A DNA stretch of 32,000 nucleotides, taken from Haloquadratum walsbyi C23 (GTDB taxonomy: Archaea; Halobacteriota; Halobacteria; Halobacteriales; Haloferacaceae). The notes below the pieces were generated by a model that saw only the letters and a list, made by a program, of their open reading frames with translations, had not been told where the DNA came from and made no database searches. The stretch lies in NCBI RefSeq assembly GCF_000237865.1, contig NC_017459.1, positions 840,001 to 872,000 of the forward strand. The letters are read 5' to 3'. This document shows positions 9,833 to 20,398 of the stretch, piece after piece. Position numbers and translations under genes: made by a program. Each line of letters starts with the position of its first letter. The stretch's first letter is position 1.

Positions 9833-11242
9833 TCATTCAACAGCCGCGGCTACTTGGATAATTATTTCTTCACCAAATGCAGGACCAATTGCTTGGAATC
9901 CAACTGGCAGTCCATCAACCTCTCCTGCCGGCACTGATATTGCGGGAAGATTGGCAAGATTGACTGGGACGGTATTTGCATCCATTAAATATAGCTTGAG
10001 AGGGTCCTCAAGACTCTCACCAATCGCAGGTGGGAGCACAGGCATTGTGGGCGTTGCCAAGACATCAGCTTTCTCGAAGGCTGTCTCAAAATCCTGCTTT
10101 ACCCATTCGCGTGCGTCCTGGGCTTTGTCATAATATTTCTCATGATATCCGGCCGATAGTGCATATGTTCCCAAAAGGATACGACGCTTGACCTCCTCAC
10201 CAAATCCAACATCGCGTACTGCAGCAAAACTATCATTCCAATTTCCGTCATCGACATTGACATCGACGTTTGGTATTGTTTCATTTGAGTTCTCGGTCGC
10301 TCCACCACCGGGTCCGTATCGGACTCCATCAAACCGTGCGAGATTTGATGATGCCTCTGACATCGCAATCACATAATATGCCTGCACTGCATGCTCGAGT
10401 GAATCGAGTGAGACTTCAACAATCTCAATACCCTGGGATTCAAGCTCAGCAATCGCCGCGCGGAACGTCTCAACGACGCGATCATCAGCCCCATCGAGCA
10501 AATCAGTCACAACGCCAACGGTCATCCCAGAAACATCTTCGTCGGCGGCTGCTGCATACGTTTTTGCCGTCGCTGGGTGTGATGTTATTGTATCTGAGTC
10601 TGAATCTGAGTCTGGTGGATTGATATCACTGATTGATGTTTCACCATTATCGAATCGTGTCGTGGCATCGTGTGGATCAGGACCTGAAATAACGTCAAGC
10701 AGTTCGGCTGCCTCCTGAACAGTTGATGCGATTGGTCCAATCTGCTCAAGTGAGTTCGCGTATGCAATGAGCCCGTATCGTGAGACGAGCCCATACGTTG
10801 GTTTGATTCCAACAACACCACAGAATGCTGCCGGATTACGAACTGAACCGCCTGTATCAGAACCAAGCGCAACATCTGCAGCACCACTGGCGACAGCCGC
10901 TGCGGATCCACCGGAGGATCCACCAGGAACGTGATTAGTATCAACTGGATTCTTTGTTGGTCCATACGCAGATGTTTCGGTTGTTCCACCCATTCCGAAT
11001 TCATCCATATTGGTTTTTCCAACAATCGTCGCCCCCGCTTGTTTCAGCCGTTCCACCACGGTCGCATCATATGGAGGGACATAATCCGATAGCATTGCTG
11101 ATCCACAGGTCGTCCGTACACCAGCAGTGCTAATATTATCTTTAACTGCAACTGTTACTCCATCCAGCGGTAATGCGGTTTCTGTATCGGACTCAATCTC
11201 TGGATTGACTTGTTTGGCAGTAATAAATGTATTTAGATCCAT
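9833..11242 (-). CDS. gatA: aspartyl/glutamyl-tRNA amidotransferase subunit A
   Basis: 469 aa with the amidase signature ([27 protein letters not shown]). The start lies 2 nt after the gatC stop. Confidence 0.92.
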   Translation of the reverse strand: MDLNTFITAKQVNPEIESDTETALPLDGVTVAVKDNISTAGVRTTCGSAMLSDYVPPYDATVVERLKQAGATIVGKTNMDEFGMGGTTETSAYGPTKNPVDTNHVPGGSSGGSAAAVASGAADVALGSDTGGSVRNPAAFCGVVGIKPTYGLVSRYGLIAYANSLEQIGPIASTVQEAAELLDVISGPDPHDATTRFDNGETSISDINPPDSDSDSDTITSHPATAKTYAAAADEDVSGMTVGVVTDLLDGADDRVVETFRAAIAELESQGIEIVEVSLDSLEHAVQAYYVIAMSEASSNLARFDGVRYGPGGGATENSNETIPNVDVNVDDGNWNDSFAAVRDVGFGEEVKRRILLGTYALSAGYHEKYYDKAQDAREWVKQDFETAFEKADVLATPTMPVLPPAIGESLEDPLKLYLMDANTVPVNLANLPAISVPAGEVDGLPVGFQAIGPAFGEEIIIQVAAAVE

Positions 11243-11244
11243 TC

Positions 11245-11523
11245 CTACGATACCCGTGGACCTTTGAATTGCCCATCCTCAGTCTCGGGTGCATTCTGGA
11301 GTGCTTCTGATTGATCAAGACTTCCGGTAACCTCGTCACGACGCATCACATTGACAAGTTCCGGCTCATGTTCGACTGCTGGGACTTCATCAAGCGCATC
11401 AAAATATGCGAGTATATCAGCAAACTGTGTAGTAAACGCGTTAATCTCCTCTTCAGTAAGATCAACCCGCGCCAACTCTGCAACATGCTCAACCTCATCG
11501 GTGTCGACGGCTGAATCGCTCAT
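11245..11523 (-). CDS. gatC: aspartyl/glutamyl-tRNA amidotransferase subunit C
   Basis: The 92 acidic C-terminal residues of the 178-aa track ORF, starting at ATG 11521-11523 (MSDSAVDTDEVEHVAELARVDLTEEEINAFTTQFADILAYFDALDEV...). This is typical GatC. The upstream 86 codons are Arg/Pro-rich and lie in a GC-rich non-coding block. Confidence 0.85.
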   Translation of the reverse strand: MSDSAVDTDEVEHVAELARVDLTEEEINAFTTQFADILAYFDALDEVPAVEHEPELVNVMRRDEVTGSLDQSEALQNAPETEDGQFKGPRVS

Positions 11524-11744
11524 ATATCTGCGGTACCGTGGATTACGAGTAAGGGTTTCGGTATGTTTGACATCTTCCCCGGAAGGGCGAGGACTCTCTC
11601 GTGGGACAGCACGCCGACTGTGTGTCCCCGGAGGCACCCTGACTGGGACCACCGGAGTCTCGGCTATGGTCCGTGAGTACCGTGTCGGGTCACCAGAGCT
11701 GGCGTGGTGTGCTTGATACTGATTAAGCCGAATAGTTTTATCGA
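11524..11744. repeat. GC-rich, stem-loop-dense non-coding block abutting the gatC start codon (candidate inserted element or structured RNA)
   Basis: 41/60 G+C in 11581-11640, against an AT-rich flank from ~11930. Both strands are stop-free but encode basic, non-halophilic peptides. Hairpins: GGGACA...TGTCCC 11603-11628, GGACCA...TGGTCC 11646-11672, CCC-GGAA-GGG 11578-11587. Confidence 0.4.
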
Positions 11745-12190
11745 CGGTGTCGAAAGATGCATTTTCAGCGACTCCAGTCATTGATACGGATCGCCACGGT
11801 GGTAAAGACTCGAAGTAATCACTATGAGTGCCTGCTTACACCTCACAGACCGTACCATCGACCCGGCTCAACCATGGTAGGTGAGTAGAATACTTGACAC
11901 AGGGGTGCCCTTTATTGAGCTGTGAGTATTTGAGTAATCATCTCATTGAATCAAATAACATCCAGAGTTACTGATCTAGAATTGTTGTACTTCATTTCAC
12001 AGACGTCAGATCATATGTAATTATTCGTGATTTGACAAGTTCTTTTTATTCTGAATTAGATATGTCTTGTTTCGGGGTAAAGAGCCATTGAGTTCAGAAA
12101 AATCGTCTCAGCCGGCCGCCAGATATATATCATATTCGAGCAATCTTATTCTTAGAGAAACGAACTGTTTATCGCGTTCTCTCAACTGTT

Positions 12191-13231
12191 ATGACTAACA
12201 ATAGTCACCAATCCCCTGCTGTCACGCGCGCACGCGCGAGGAGGTCAGACGAACGCACGGAGACTGCTCAACAAGATGCGGATACAACTGTGTCTGATGA
12301 GACGACACGGTCTGCAGAATCTACAGAGACAGTCCGCTGTCCAGAATGTGAGTCGACTCAACTTATCACAGATGATGAACGTGGTGAGACAGTCTGTGCA
12401 GACTGTGGACTTGTTGTTGATGAAGATTCAATTGATCGTGGACCAGAGTGGCGTGCTTTCGATAGTGCTGAGCGTGATCAAAAGTCTCGTGTTGGCGCCC
12501 CAACGACAAATCTGATGCATGATAAAGGCTTGTCAACAAACATTGGCTGGCAAGACAAAGACGCATACGGAAACTCTTTGTCATCAACTCAGCGACAAAA
12601 GATGCAGCGGCTTCGAACATGGAATGAGCGATTCCGCACTCGGGATTCAAAGGAACGGAATCTCAAGCAGGCACTTGGTGAGGTCGACCGAATGGCATCA
12701 GCGCTTGGGCTTCCTGAAAATGTTCGTGAAACGGCTTCTGTGATTTATCGTCGTGCGCTTGATGAAGAACTACTGCCTGGTCGATCAATTGAGGGTGTTG
12801 CGACTGCATCGTTGTATGCTGCTGCTCGACAAGCTGGGACGCCGCGATCACTTGATGAAATTACAAATGTCTCACGAGTGGGTCGCGACGAAATTGCGCG
12901 CACATATCGGTATGTCGTGCGTGAACTCAAACTCCAAATCAAGCCGGCTGATCCAGAGCAGTATGTGCCGCGATTTGCCTCGGATCTTGACCTCTCAGAT
13001 GAAGCTGAACGGCGTGCTCGTCAACTTCTTCGTAGTGCAAAAGAGCAAGGTGTCCATTCGGGGAAATCCCCGGTTGGTCTTGCAGCAGCGGCTGTGTATG
13101 CTGCATCATTACTCATCAATGAAAAAGTAACACAAAAAGAGGTCAGCAGTGTCGCAAATATCTCTGAGGTAACAATTCGGAATCGATATCACGAGCTGCT
13201 TGAAGCGGAAGAACAACTTTCTACCGCGTAA
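12191..13231 (+). CDS. tfb: transcription initiation factor IIB (TFB)
   Basis: 346 aa. Zn-ribbon CPEC...CADC after an acidic N-terminal extension, B-reader/linker (GPEWRAF), and two cyclin-like repeats. Confidence 0.92.
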   Translation: MTNNSHQSPAVTRARARRSDERTETAQQDADTTVSDETTRSAESTETVRCPECESTQLITDDERGETVCADCGLVVDEDSIDRGPEWRAFDSAERDQKSRVGAPTTNLMHDKGLSTNIGWQDKDAYGNSLSSTQRQKMQRLRTWNERFRTRDSKERNLKQALGEVDRMASALGLPENVRETASVIYRRALDEELLPGRSIEGVATASLYAAARQAGTPRSLDEITNVSRVGRDEIARTYRYVVRELKLQIKPADPEQYVPRFASDLDLSDEAERRARQLLRSAKEQGVHSGKSPVGLAAAAVYAASLLINEKVTQKEVSSVANISEVTIRNRYHELLEAEEQLSTA

Positions 13232-13239
13232 ATTATTTA

Positions 13240-13244
13240 TTTTT
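13240..13244 (+). terminator. oligo-T tract downstream of tfb
   Basis: T5 run 9 nt after the tfb TAA, inside TTTATTTTT. Archaeal terminators are typically oligo-T. Confidence 0.3.
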
Positions 13245-13509
13245 ACTCGCTTGTTTTCTCTCTTATACAAGGGTGACTTCGCCCGCAAAGATACCGATTC
13301 TAGTATATTTTATCCGCTTCATCACATCTTATCTAGGCCGTGATCATTAGAAATCGAAAATTGATGTCGAATTAGTTTATTATGTATCCGTGTTGAATTA
13401 TCAATCCTAGATACAAAGAAGATGCCCAATCAGTAAGCTACGGGAACTATCACTACTGTATAAGCGCCGGAAGCATCTGAATCAAGTATCTCACGATAGA
13501 GTATATACT

Positions 13510-14001
13510 ATGGAGACCACGCGACATTTTACAACAACCGTCTATATTGTTGAGGATGACGCAACAGCGTTACATCATCATGAAAGACTCGGGATTCGCA
13601 TCCCACCAGGAGGTCATATCGACCGTGATGAACTCCCACATGAAGCGGGACTCCGCGAAGTGTATGAGGAAACCGGGCTCGATGCAGAACTTATCCATAC
13701 GCCAGCGGCAACGTCGGTTGATGCACCTGCTGGACAGGCGCTTCCGCAGCCACGGTATCAGATGCTTTATGATGTCACTACGCATGAAGATGGAACAGTG
13801 GGTCATCAACATATTGATCATGTGTATTATGCCCGGGTTAATAGCCGCTCAATTACTCCAAGTGAGCCCGATGAAGCTCCAGCATCGGCGTGGCAGTGGT
13901 ATGATAAAGCGGATCTGACGACAAGCAACCTTGATGCTGACACCATTCAATTAGCACATGAGGCTATCAATGCTGCACAAGAATATGACGAGATATCATA
14001 A
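13510..14001 (+). CDS. NUDIX hydrolase
   Basis: 163 aa containing a Nudix box (GGHIDRDELPHEAGLREVYEETGL). Confidence 0.8.
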   Translation: METTRHFTTTVYIVEDDATALHHHERLGIRIPPGGHIDRDELPHEAGLREVYEETGLDAELIHTPAATSVDAPAGQALPQPRYQMLYDVTTHEDGTVGHQHIDHVYYARVNSRSITPSEPDEAPASAWQWYDKADLTTSNLDADTIQLAHEAINAAQEYDEIS

Positions 14002-14157
14002 TCATCTCTTTCATATTCTCTTCAGCACTAGATCTCATATAGTATATGACGGTCGAGATAAATCTATATTGCTATGTCAATAGTAAACAAAGCATTCATA
14101 ACCATCTGATTCGACCTAAATCCAACGTATGATTCATCAGTTTTTAATTATCAAATA

Positions 14158-15453
14158 TCACTTGATTAATGAATGGACATATTTCTGAATATGATGGTCC
14201 ATTCGTCGTTTGAATCCATCCTGTCGGGCAAGTCGATCAAGTTCACGTGAAACATATGTTCCATACTGAACCGCTTTCTTCGATGCTGTGCGCACAGACT
14301 CCGGAACGATTCCATCAGCGGCCATCCTAAGTGCAATTTTTCGCTGATCACCACAAACAAGTAGCGATTCTGGTAGTGTGAGTGCCGACTCGACAATACT
14401 GTCATGAAGAAATGGCGTTATAGGTTCGACACCGCCGGCTCGAATAGCAAGCATATCGCGCTCGGCTTGCTTTGGCACCGTATTAACTAATTCTCGTTGG
14501 GCACCACGGATTGTTGTTGCGTTCACTCGTGGATCAGTTGGTGCCTTCTGCACCTTCGCGTATCCGCCAAACAGTTCATCAGCGCCCTGTCCAAGTGCAA
14601 GTCGGTCAAACCCGTCCGCGGCGACGCGTCGTGCAACGATGAAGAGTGGAACTGTGATCGCGAGATCCATTGGATTCGTCCGTCCAATTGCGGAAACGAG
14701 CTGTGGAATCGCCTCGATAATATCCGTATGTGAGATTTCAATCACATGGAGGTCTGCATTTCGATCCATAGCAGAAAGAGCCTCCTGTGCCGCGGTAATA
14801 TCATGACATCCATCAAATCCAGCAACATAACACGGTGCGTTTGGACGTCCAGCAGCAACTACTGCGGAATCGATCCCGCCTGAGAATGCAATTGCTGTTG
14901 ATTTATTTGAATTATCCGTTGTCTGCTTTTGTGTCTGTGTGATGATTGCCTTTTTCACACGCCTATATGCTTCATCATTATCAGTCGTTACCGGTGGCTT
15001 GGGAAGTGACCAATACCGAGCAATGTCGAGATGTCTAATTTCAACATCGACAGCAGCTGTATTCCCCTGTTGATCGCTATTCGCATCATCAATACTGGTG
15101 TTATTATCCGTATAGATGATGTTATCATCAGATATAGCTCTCTGAGATGGATCATATACTGCTCCAGGCGGTAGCGTTGCAGGCGCTTCAAGCGAGAGTG
15201 GGTTGAATGCCCAATCAGGCATCACACCGTGTGAAGATTGTGTAGCCGTTTCAAGAAATATCGGCTGACGACCAAGCACATCACGGACAAGCATCCCATC
15301 AATGTACCCCGCGAATCCGCCTGTCCCAGCCAATGCGATAGTATCGCTAATTGCATCATGAACCGTCTCCGTTGACGCTCCACGGAGTATAGACTCATTC
15401 TTCGTTGATGATTGTGGCTGTCCTGGTGGGTTTGTTGATGGTTCTGACACCAT
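14158..15453 (-). CDS. asparagine synthase-like PP-loop ATP pyrophosphatase lacking the N-terminal catalytic Cys
   Basis: PP-loop motif AFSGGIDSAVVAA and AsnB C-terminal-like region (LGQGADELFGGY). The ORF-track start at 15456 is TTG, so I use ATG 15451-15453. It lies 3 nt downstream of the PHP gene stop. Confidence 0.78.
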   Translation of the reverse strand: MVSEPSTNPPGQPQSSTKNESILRGASTETVHDAISDTIALAGTGGFAGYIDGMLVRDVLGRQPIFLETATQSSHGVMPDWAFNPLSLEAPATLPPGAVYDPSQRAISDDNIIYTDNNTSIDDANSDQQGNTAAVDVEIRHLDIARYWSLPKPPVTTDNDEAYRRVKKAIITQTQKQTTDNSNKSTAIAFSGGIDSAVVAAGRPNAPCYVAGFDGCHDITAAQEALSAMDRNADLHVIEISHTDIIEAIPQLVSAIGRTNPMDLAITVPLFIVARRVAADGFDRLALGQGADELFGGYAKVQKAPTDPRVNATTIRGAQRELVNTVPKQAERDMLAIRAGGVEPITPFLHDSIVESALTLPESLLVCGDQRKIALRMAADGIVPESVRTASKKAVQYGTYVSRELDRLARQDGFKRRMDHHIQKYVHSLIK

Positions 15454-15456
15454 CAA

Positions 15457-16140
15457 TTACACCAACTCGGAGAGTGTTCGCATAATCCGTCGTTTGACAC
15501 CACCACTAAACTGTTTGAATGATACTCGCCATGGGGTTTTTGTTCCAATGACACTTGTCTCACCAGCGACGATTGCATTCAGAATTCCATCAACAGATTG
15601 GGTTTCGGTTGCAACTTCTGTGACTGCTTGCCCAACCATTTCGCTGATATGTGCATCACTTCCAGCAGTCATCGCAATATCATGAGTCTGTGCAAATTTC
15701 TTGGCCTTTCGATTTGCTCGCCCGGTCAGAAGCCGAGAATTATACACCTCAATCGCGTCGGCTGCGGTTAATTGCGCTGTGGCAATCTCAGCCGCAACAC
15801 CATGGCGTGCTGATTGAAACGGGTGAGGGACAACAGCAATTCCTCCTTGAGATCGAATTCGAGTTACTGTTTCATCATATGAGAGCCCAGCGGGGACCTG
15901 CTCTGTGATACCGAAACCAAGCACATGCCCTGCTGCTGATGAAACCTCCATCGCCGGAATCCCGATTAAATCGTACTCTGATGCAAGTTCGGCTGCACGC
16001 AGACTTGCATCAATCTCGTCATGATCCGTCACGGCAAGAGCATCAAGACCAATCGCTGCTGCTTGCTCCAACAGTAGCTCAACTGGGTCGTGACCATCAT
16101 ATGACAGCGACGAGTGGGCGTGGAGCTCGACCGATAACAC
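15457..16140 (-). CDS. PHP-domain metal-dependent phosphoesterase
   Basis: 227 aa with PHP motifs (ELHAHSSLSYDG, AVTDHD, VPHPF, GSDAH). GTG start at 16138-16140. Confidence 0.8.
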   Translation of the reverse strand: MLSVELHAHSSLSYDGHDPVELLLEQAAAIGLDALAVTDHDEIDASLRAAELASEYDLIGIPAMEVSSAAGHVLGFGITEQVPAGLSYDETVTRIRSQGGIAVVPHPFQSARHGVAAEIATAQLTAADAIEVYNSRLLTGRANRKAKKFAQTHDIAMTAGSDAHISEMVGQAVTEVATETQSVDGILNAIVAGETSVIGTKTPWRVSFKQFSGGVKRRIMRTLSELV

Positions 16141-16245
16141 ATATTATTGTAACTAACGAGATATAAAAAACGCCCCGGTCCATCCAGAATATGATACATA
16201 TTAAATTAAGCAATTCAAATATATGAATTGATACATCAAAAGGTA

Positions 16246-16254
16246 TTATCTATA
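16246..16254 (+). promoter_or_regulatory. TATA-like box for a probably leaderless purL transcript
   Basis: TTATCTATA is centred ~25 nt upstream of the purL ATG (16275). This matches haloarchaeal TATA spacing for leaderless mRNAs. Confidence 0.3.
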
Positions 16255-16274
16255 GCTTCCCAAACAGCAGATGA

Positions 16275-18452
16275 ATGACCCTGTCGGACTCAGATCTTGA
16301 ACTCATTACGACCGAACTCGGACGTGAGTTGACACCCGCAGAAGCTGCATTATTCGAAAATCTATGGAGTGAACACTGTGCGTATCGATCCTCACGTCCT
16401 CTGCTTCAGTCATTCACCACAGGTGATGATTCCGCCAATGACGAGGGAGCGGAGCACGTGGTCATTGGTCCTGGTGACGACGCAGCGGTAGTTCGCCTTC
16501 CACGTGTCGATGAAGCGTCTGAGACACCGATTTATATTACGATGGGTATCGAAAGTCATAATCATCCCTCATATGTTGATCCGTATGATGGGGCTGCGAC
16601 CGGCGTTGGAGGAATTGTGCGTGATACATTATCTATGGGCGCTTACCCGATAGCACTCGCAGATAGTCTTTACTTTGGTTCATTTGACCGTGAACGGACT
16701 CAATATCTTCTTGATGGAGTTGTTGAGGGAATCGCTGATTATGGGAATGCCATCGGTGTACCGACTGTTGCCGGAAGTGTTGAATTCCATAATAAATATA
16801 CAGGCAATCCACTAGTTAATGTCGCCTGTATTGGGTTACTCACTGATGAACGACTCGTCACTGCGGAGGCACAGTCACCGGGCAACAAACTCGTTTTAGT
16901 TGGGAATGCAACTGGTCGAGATGGTCTTGGTGGCGCCTCATTCGCTAGTGAAGACCTTTCTGAAGATGCTGAGACGGAAGATAGACCAGCTGTGCAGGTT
17001 GGTGATCCATATACAGAAAAACGGCTTATCGAGGCAAATGAAGAACTCATTACAGCGGAACTTATTCAATCAGCACGTGATCTTGGTGCTGCTGGACTTG
17101 GTGGTGCCTCCTCAGAACTTGTTGCGAAAGGCGGTCTTGGTGCTCGTATTAATCTTGAACGTGTCCATCAGCGCGAGCCGGCGATGAATGCAATAGAAAT
17201 CCTGCTTGCGGAATCACAAGAACGGATGTGTTATGAAGTCCATCCAGACGATGTTGAGACAGTGGGCGACATTGCAGCGAAATACGATCTTGGATACGCT
17301 GTCATTGGCGAGATACGCGATGGAAATTATGTCTGCACATTTGGCGATGAGACTGTTGTTGATGTTCCAGCGGGATTTCTCGCAGATGGTGCCCCGATGA
17401 ACGACCTCTCAGCGACGGAACCGCCAACACCAGAGGAATCAACATTTCCCGCGATCGACGCAGCAACCGCATTTAATACAATTATAAGCACTCCCAATAC
17501 GGCATCAAAACGCTGGATATATCGACAATACGATCATGAGGTTGGTCTGCGAACGGCGATGCGTCCAGGTGACGATGCTGCACTCATTGCGATCAGGGAG
17601 GCGGGCGTTGGTCTTGCACTCTCATCTGGAGCCGTTCCAGCATGGACAGAATCTAATCCATATAAAGGCGCTCAAGCAGTCGCACTTGAGAATGCAACAA
17701 ATGTCGCAGCAAAGGGAGCGACTCCAATTGCTGCGGTTGACTGTCTTAATGGCGGAAATCCAGAGAAACCAGCCGTCTATGGTGCATTCAAAGACATTGT
17801 CCAAGGTCTTGCAGATATGTGTCACACACTTTCGATTCCGGTCGTCGGTGGAAACGTATCACTATACAATGACTCGACATCCGGACCGATTCCTCCGACG
17901 CCAACACTTGCGTTGGTAGGGACAAAATCGACATTTGATGCCCCACCGGCAGCGCTCACCGGAGATGGAACACTTCTGTTGGTTGGTCATCAAAGTAACA
18001 ACCTCGGTGGATCAGAGCTCCTTGCACAAATCGGTGGGACAGATAAGTTTCCAGTGCTGCCATCAAATCCAACAGCAGTTGTTGATTCGCTCGCGCGTGT
18101 CGCGAATCACCCATCAACACTCGCAACTCACGATGTGAGCACCGGCGGTCTTGCGGTGACGCTCGCTGAATTAATCACCTCGGATGCTGGTGCGAGGGTG
18201 ACAGTTCAAAATAAGACTTCGCTGTTCACTGAGACGCCAGGTCGTGCAGTCATCGAAACGACTGATCCAGATGCTGTTCGACACATATTCGAGGGTGTTG
18301 CACCAGTCGTTTCGCTTGGTGACACGACAACAGATGGAACTCTCACAATCAATATTGATGACGAAGATACGGCTAATGAGTCTCCAGCAGTGACAACTGA
18401 TGCAGCAACAGTCGCCAAACAGCGACGCATTCTCGAGGACGCATTAGAGTAG
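16275..18452 (+). CDS. purL: phosphoribosylformylglycinamidine synthase subunit II
   Basis: 725 aa with typical PurL N-terminus ([22 protein letters not shown]) and duplicated PurM-like domains ([16 protein letters not shown]). Confidence 0.93.
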   Translation: MTLSDSDLELITTELGRELTPAEAALFENLWSEHCAYRSSRPLLQSFTTGDDSANDEGAEHVVIGPGDDAAVVRLPRVDEASETPIYITMGIESHNHPSYVDPYDGAATGVGGIVRDTLSMGAYPIALADSLYFGSFDRERTQYLLDGVVEGIADYGNAIGVPTVAGSVEFHNKYTGNPLVNVACIGLLTDERLVTAEAQSPGNKLVLVGNATGRDGLGGASFASEDLSEDAETEDRPAVQVGDPYTEKRLIEANEELITAELIQSARDLGAAGLGGASSELVAKGGLGARINLERVHQREPAMNAIEILLAESQERMCYEVHPDDVETVGDIAAKYDLGYAVIGEIRDGNYVCTFGDETVVDVPAGFLADGAPMNDLSATEPPTPEESTFPAIDAATAFNTIISTPNTASKRWIYRQYDHEVGLRTAMRPGDDAALIAIREAGVGLALSSGAVPAWTESNPYKGAQAVALENATNVAAKGATPIAAVDCLNGGNPEKPAVYGAFKDIVQGLADMCHTLSIPVVGGNVSLYNDSTSGPIPPTPTLALVGTKSTFDAPPAALTGDGTLLLVGHQSNNLGGSELLAQIGGTDKFPVLPSNPTAVVDSLARVANHPSTLATHDVSTGGLAVTLAELITSDAGARVTVQNKTSLFTETPGRAVIETTDPDAVRHIFEGVAPVVSLGDTTTDGTLTINIDDEDTANESPAVTTDAATVAKQRRILEDALE

Positions 18453-18499
18453 TCTCATAATACAAAATGCAACAACACAATTTAATATGTCGGATGATC

Positions 18500-18664
18500 T
18501 CACGCTAGAAGAAGTGGAATCCCAAAAATAATGCCAATTCCAATGATGGTAATTATTATACCTGTCGTAACAGCACTCATACCGAATGGCTGCATCGGTG
18601 ATGTAATACGCATCTGATCATTGGTGTCGGTTGAATGATCATCAGTAATCGTGTGTTCATTCAT
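18500..18664 (-). CDS. possible small single-pass membrane protein (54 aa), below the ORF-track cutoff
   Basis: Hand translation gives MNEHTITDDHSTDTNDQMRITSPMQPFGMSAVTTGIIITIIGIGIIFGIPLLLA*. It has an acidic N-terminus plus one hydrophobic helix. ATG at 18662-18664, TGA at 18500-18502. Confidence 0.35.
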   Translation of the reverse strand: MNEHTITDDHSTDTNDQMRITSPMQPFGMSAVTTGIIITIIGIGIIFGIPLLLA

Positions 18665-18985
18665 CACTCTCTCATTGTGAGTCGGTCATAAATATACTCT
18701 CGGCTTCAGTATCTTTCACGATATCAATAATTATATATAAAATTTATAAATTCACACGCGATAATATCCGCCGATGATGTCTCTGTGCAGAGCGTAAGTG
18801 CCCGTCAGGCGCAGTCTAGCTCTGGTGACAGAGTCATGAAAACTAAACCGAGAAGAACGACATCGATAATTCATAATATAGAGCGATGGTGTCTGCCTAC
18901 AGTGTGAAGATCGTGGGATTGCGCCTGTTCAGAACGTAATAGTCGAAACGGTCAAACACGTCATCGGTAAATACATACTCATCGG

Positions 18986-19798
18986 ATGTTGACAAAACGA
19001 ATTATCCCATGTATTGATGTTGATCTTGATGAGGATGGAAACCCAGCCGTTTATACTGGAATAAACTTCGAAGATCTCGAGTATACTGGTGATCCGGTGG
19101 AAATGGCAAAACAGTATAATATGGCTGGTGCTGATGAATTTGTCTTTCTTGATATCACTGCTTCCGCTGTAGGTCGTGAAACGATGCTTGAGACAGTTTC
19201 CCGTGTTGCTGATGAGATATTCATTCCATTAACTGTTGGCGGCGGTATCAGGACTCGTGATGATATAAAGAGCACACTTCGCGCCGGAGCAGATAAAGTA
19301 TCGATTAATACCGCAGCATTGGAAACCCCGGAACTGATCACCACCGGCGCATCTGCGTTTGGATCACAGTGTATTGTTATTTCAGTTGATGCCCGTCGTC
19401 GGTTCGATGAACAAGGTGAGAATTATCTCTCTGTTGACGGGGAATCATGTTGGTTTGAGTGTACAGTCAAGGGTGGTCGCGAAGGAACTGGTATTGATGT
19501 TCTTGAATGGGTAACTGAAGCTGAAACTCGGGGAGCCGGTGAGTTATTTATCAATTCAATCGACGCTGATGGCACACAAGATGGATATGATATTCCATTG
19601 ACGAGCGCGGTGTGTGATGCCGTTTCAACGCCTGTTATTGCCTCCTCAGGGTGCGGTAGTCCAGCCGATATGCATGAGGTATTTACTGAAGCTGACGCGG
19701 ATGCAGGGCTTGCAGCCTCAATTTTCCACTTTGGTGAATATAGTATTGAGGCGACAAAGGAGTATCTTGATGAGCGTGGTGTACCCATTCGAAGCTAA
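18986..19798 (+). CDS. hisF: imidazole glycerol phosphate synthase cyclase subunit
   Basis: 270 aa, TIM-barrel HisF motifs (KRIIPCIDV, LTVGGGIR, GADKVSINTAA, GAGELFINSIDADGT). Confidence 0.93.
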   Translation: MLTKRIIPCIDVDLDEDGNPAVYTGINFEDLEYTGDPVEMAKQYNMAGADEFVFLDITASAVGRETMLETVSRVADEIFIPLTVGGGIRTRDDIKSTLRAGADKVSINTAALETPELITTGASAFGSQCIVISVDARRRFDEQGENYLSVDGESCWFECTVKGGREGTGIDVLEWVTEAETRGAGELFINSIDADGTQDGYDIPLTSAVCDAVSTPVIASSGCGSPADMHEVFTEADADAGLAASIFHFGEYSIEATKEYLDERGVPIRS

Positions 19799-20039
19799 GT
19801 TATCAGCATCGCCACTACATTCTCATTTGATTATCACGCAATTACCGATTGTGACCGTCATTGTCACCACACTCACGATTATGATGCGAAATCTCTCTGC
19901 TGATTGAAGAATATCGTAAGTCAATTGATTGTCTCAGTACGCGTTGGGTACGATTACAATCATAACGTAACCTCTCATGACATTTTCACTATGTGAAATT
20001 ACACGTTTGCAAATATCTGAAAATCCGCTGATAGAAATA

Positions 20040-20330
20040 TTAAACCGCTGCTGTAAATGCGCTTGTAAAGTCATCAACTGTTGTCTGTACCTGTCGTGAC
20101 GCATCGCCGAGCGCATCGAGCGGATCAACATCTGCATCAGGTTCTGTTTGGATTGAGAGGACTGGCTCAGTCTGTCCTCCTGATTGCTCGGGATTAACAT
20201 CATATGTCGCGGCTGCAACCCCATCTGTCTGGAGCAAGGCTCCCTTTATTACATTCATGAATGTATGGTCCTCGCCAGCCACTTCAATACGGAGTTCAGT
20301 GTCCGTTCGTTCGATGACCCGTAATTCCAT
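20040..20330 (-). CDS. rpoL: DNA-directed RNA polymerase subunit L (Rpo11)
   Basis: 96 aa, [33 protein letters not shown]... This is a typical archaeal RpoL N-terminus with an acidic tail. Confidence 0.88.
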   Translation of the reverse strand: MELRVIERTDTELRIEVAGEDHTFMNVIKGALLQTDGVAAATYDVNPEQSGGQTEPVLSIQTEPDADVDPLDALGDASRQVQTTVDDFTSAFTAAV

Positions 20331-20382
20331 ACCTACCTTTTCTGATGATGGTGTTTCAATATTTCGTCTTTACGGAGAGTTG

Positions 20383-20389
20383 AAAAAAA
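20383..20389 (-). terminator. T7 tract (minus strand) following the relic stop codon of the MBL-hydrolase gene
   Basis: A7 on the plus strand, so T7 on the minus strand. It lies ~10 nt downstream of the left copy of the 16-nt repeat that mimics the MBL gene end. Confidence 0.35.
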
Positions 20390-20398
20390 GCCTCGTCT

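Noticed and set aside
11524-11781. N-terminal 86-codon extension of the gatC ORF (track ORF 11245-11781)
   Set aside because: The extension is Arg/Pro/His-rich and basic, unlike the acidic proteome here. GatC homology starts at the internal Met (11523). The region is stop-free on both strands because it is GC-rich, not because it is coding.
18779-18835. Paired small palindromes CTCTG-TG-CAGAG and CTCTG-GTGA-CAGAG upstream of hisF, and a 12-mer (AGCTCTGGTGAC) shared with the gatC-proximal block
   Set aside because: The stems are only 5 bp. A 12-mer match is expected by chance many times in a 32-kb window when both strands are compared. There is no further collinear similarity.
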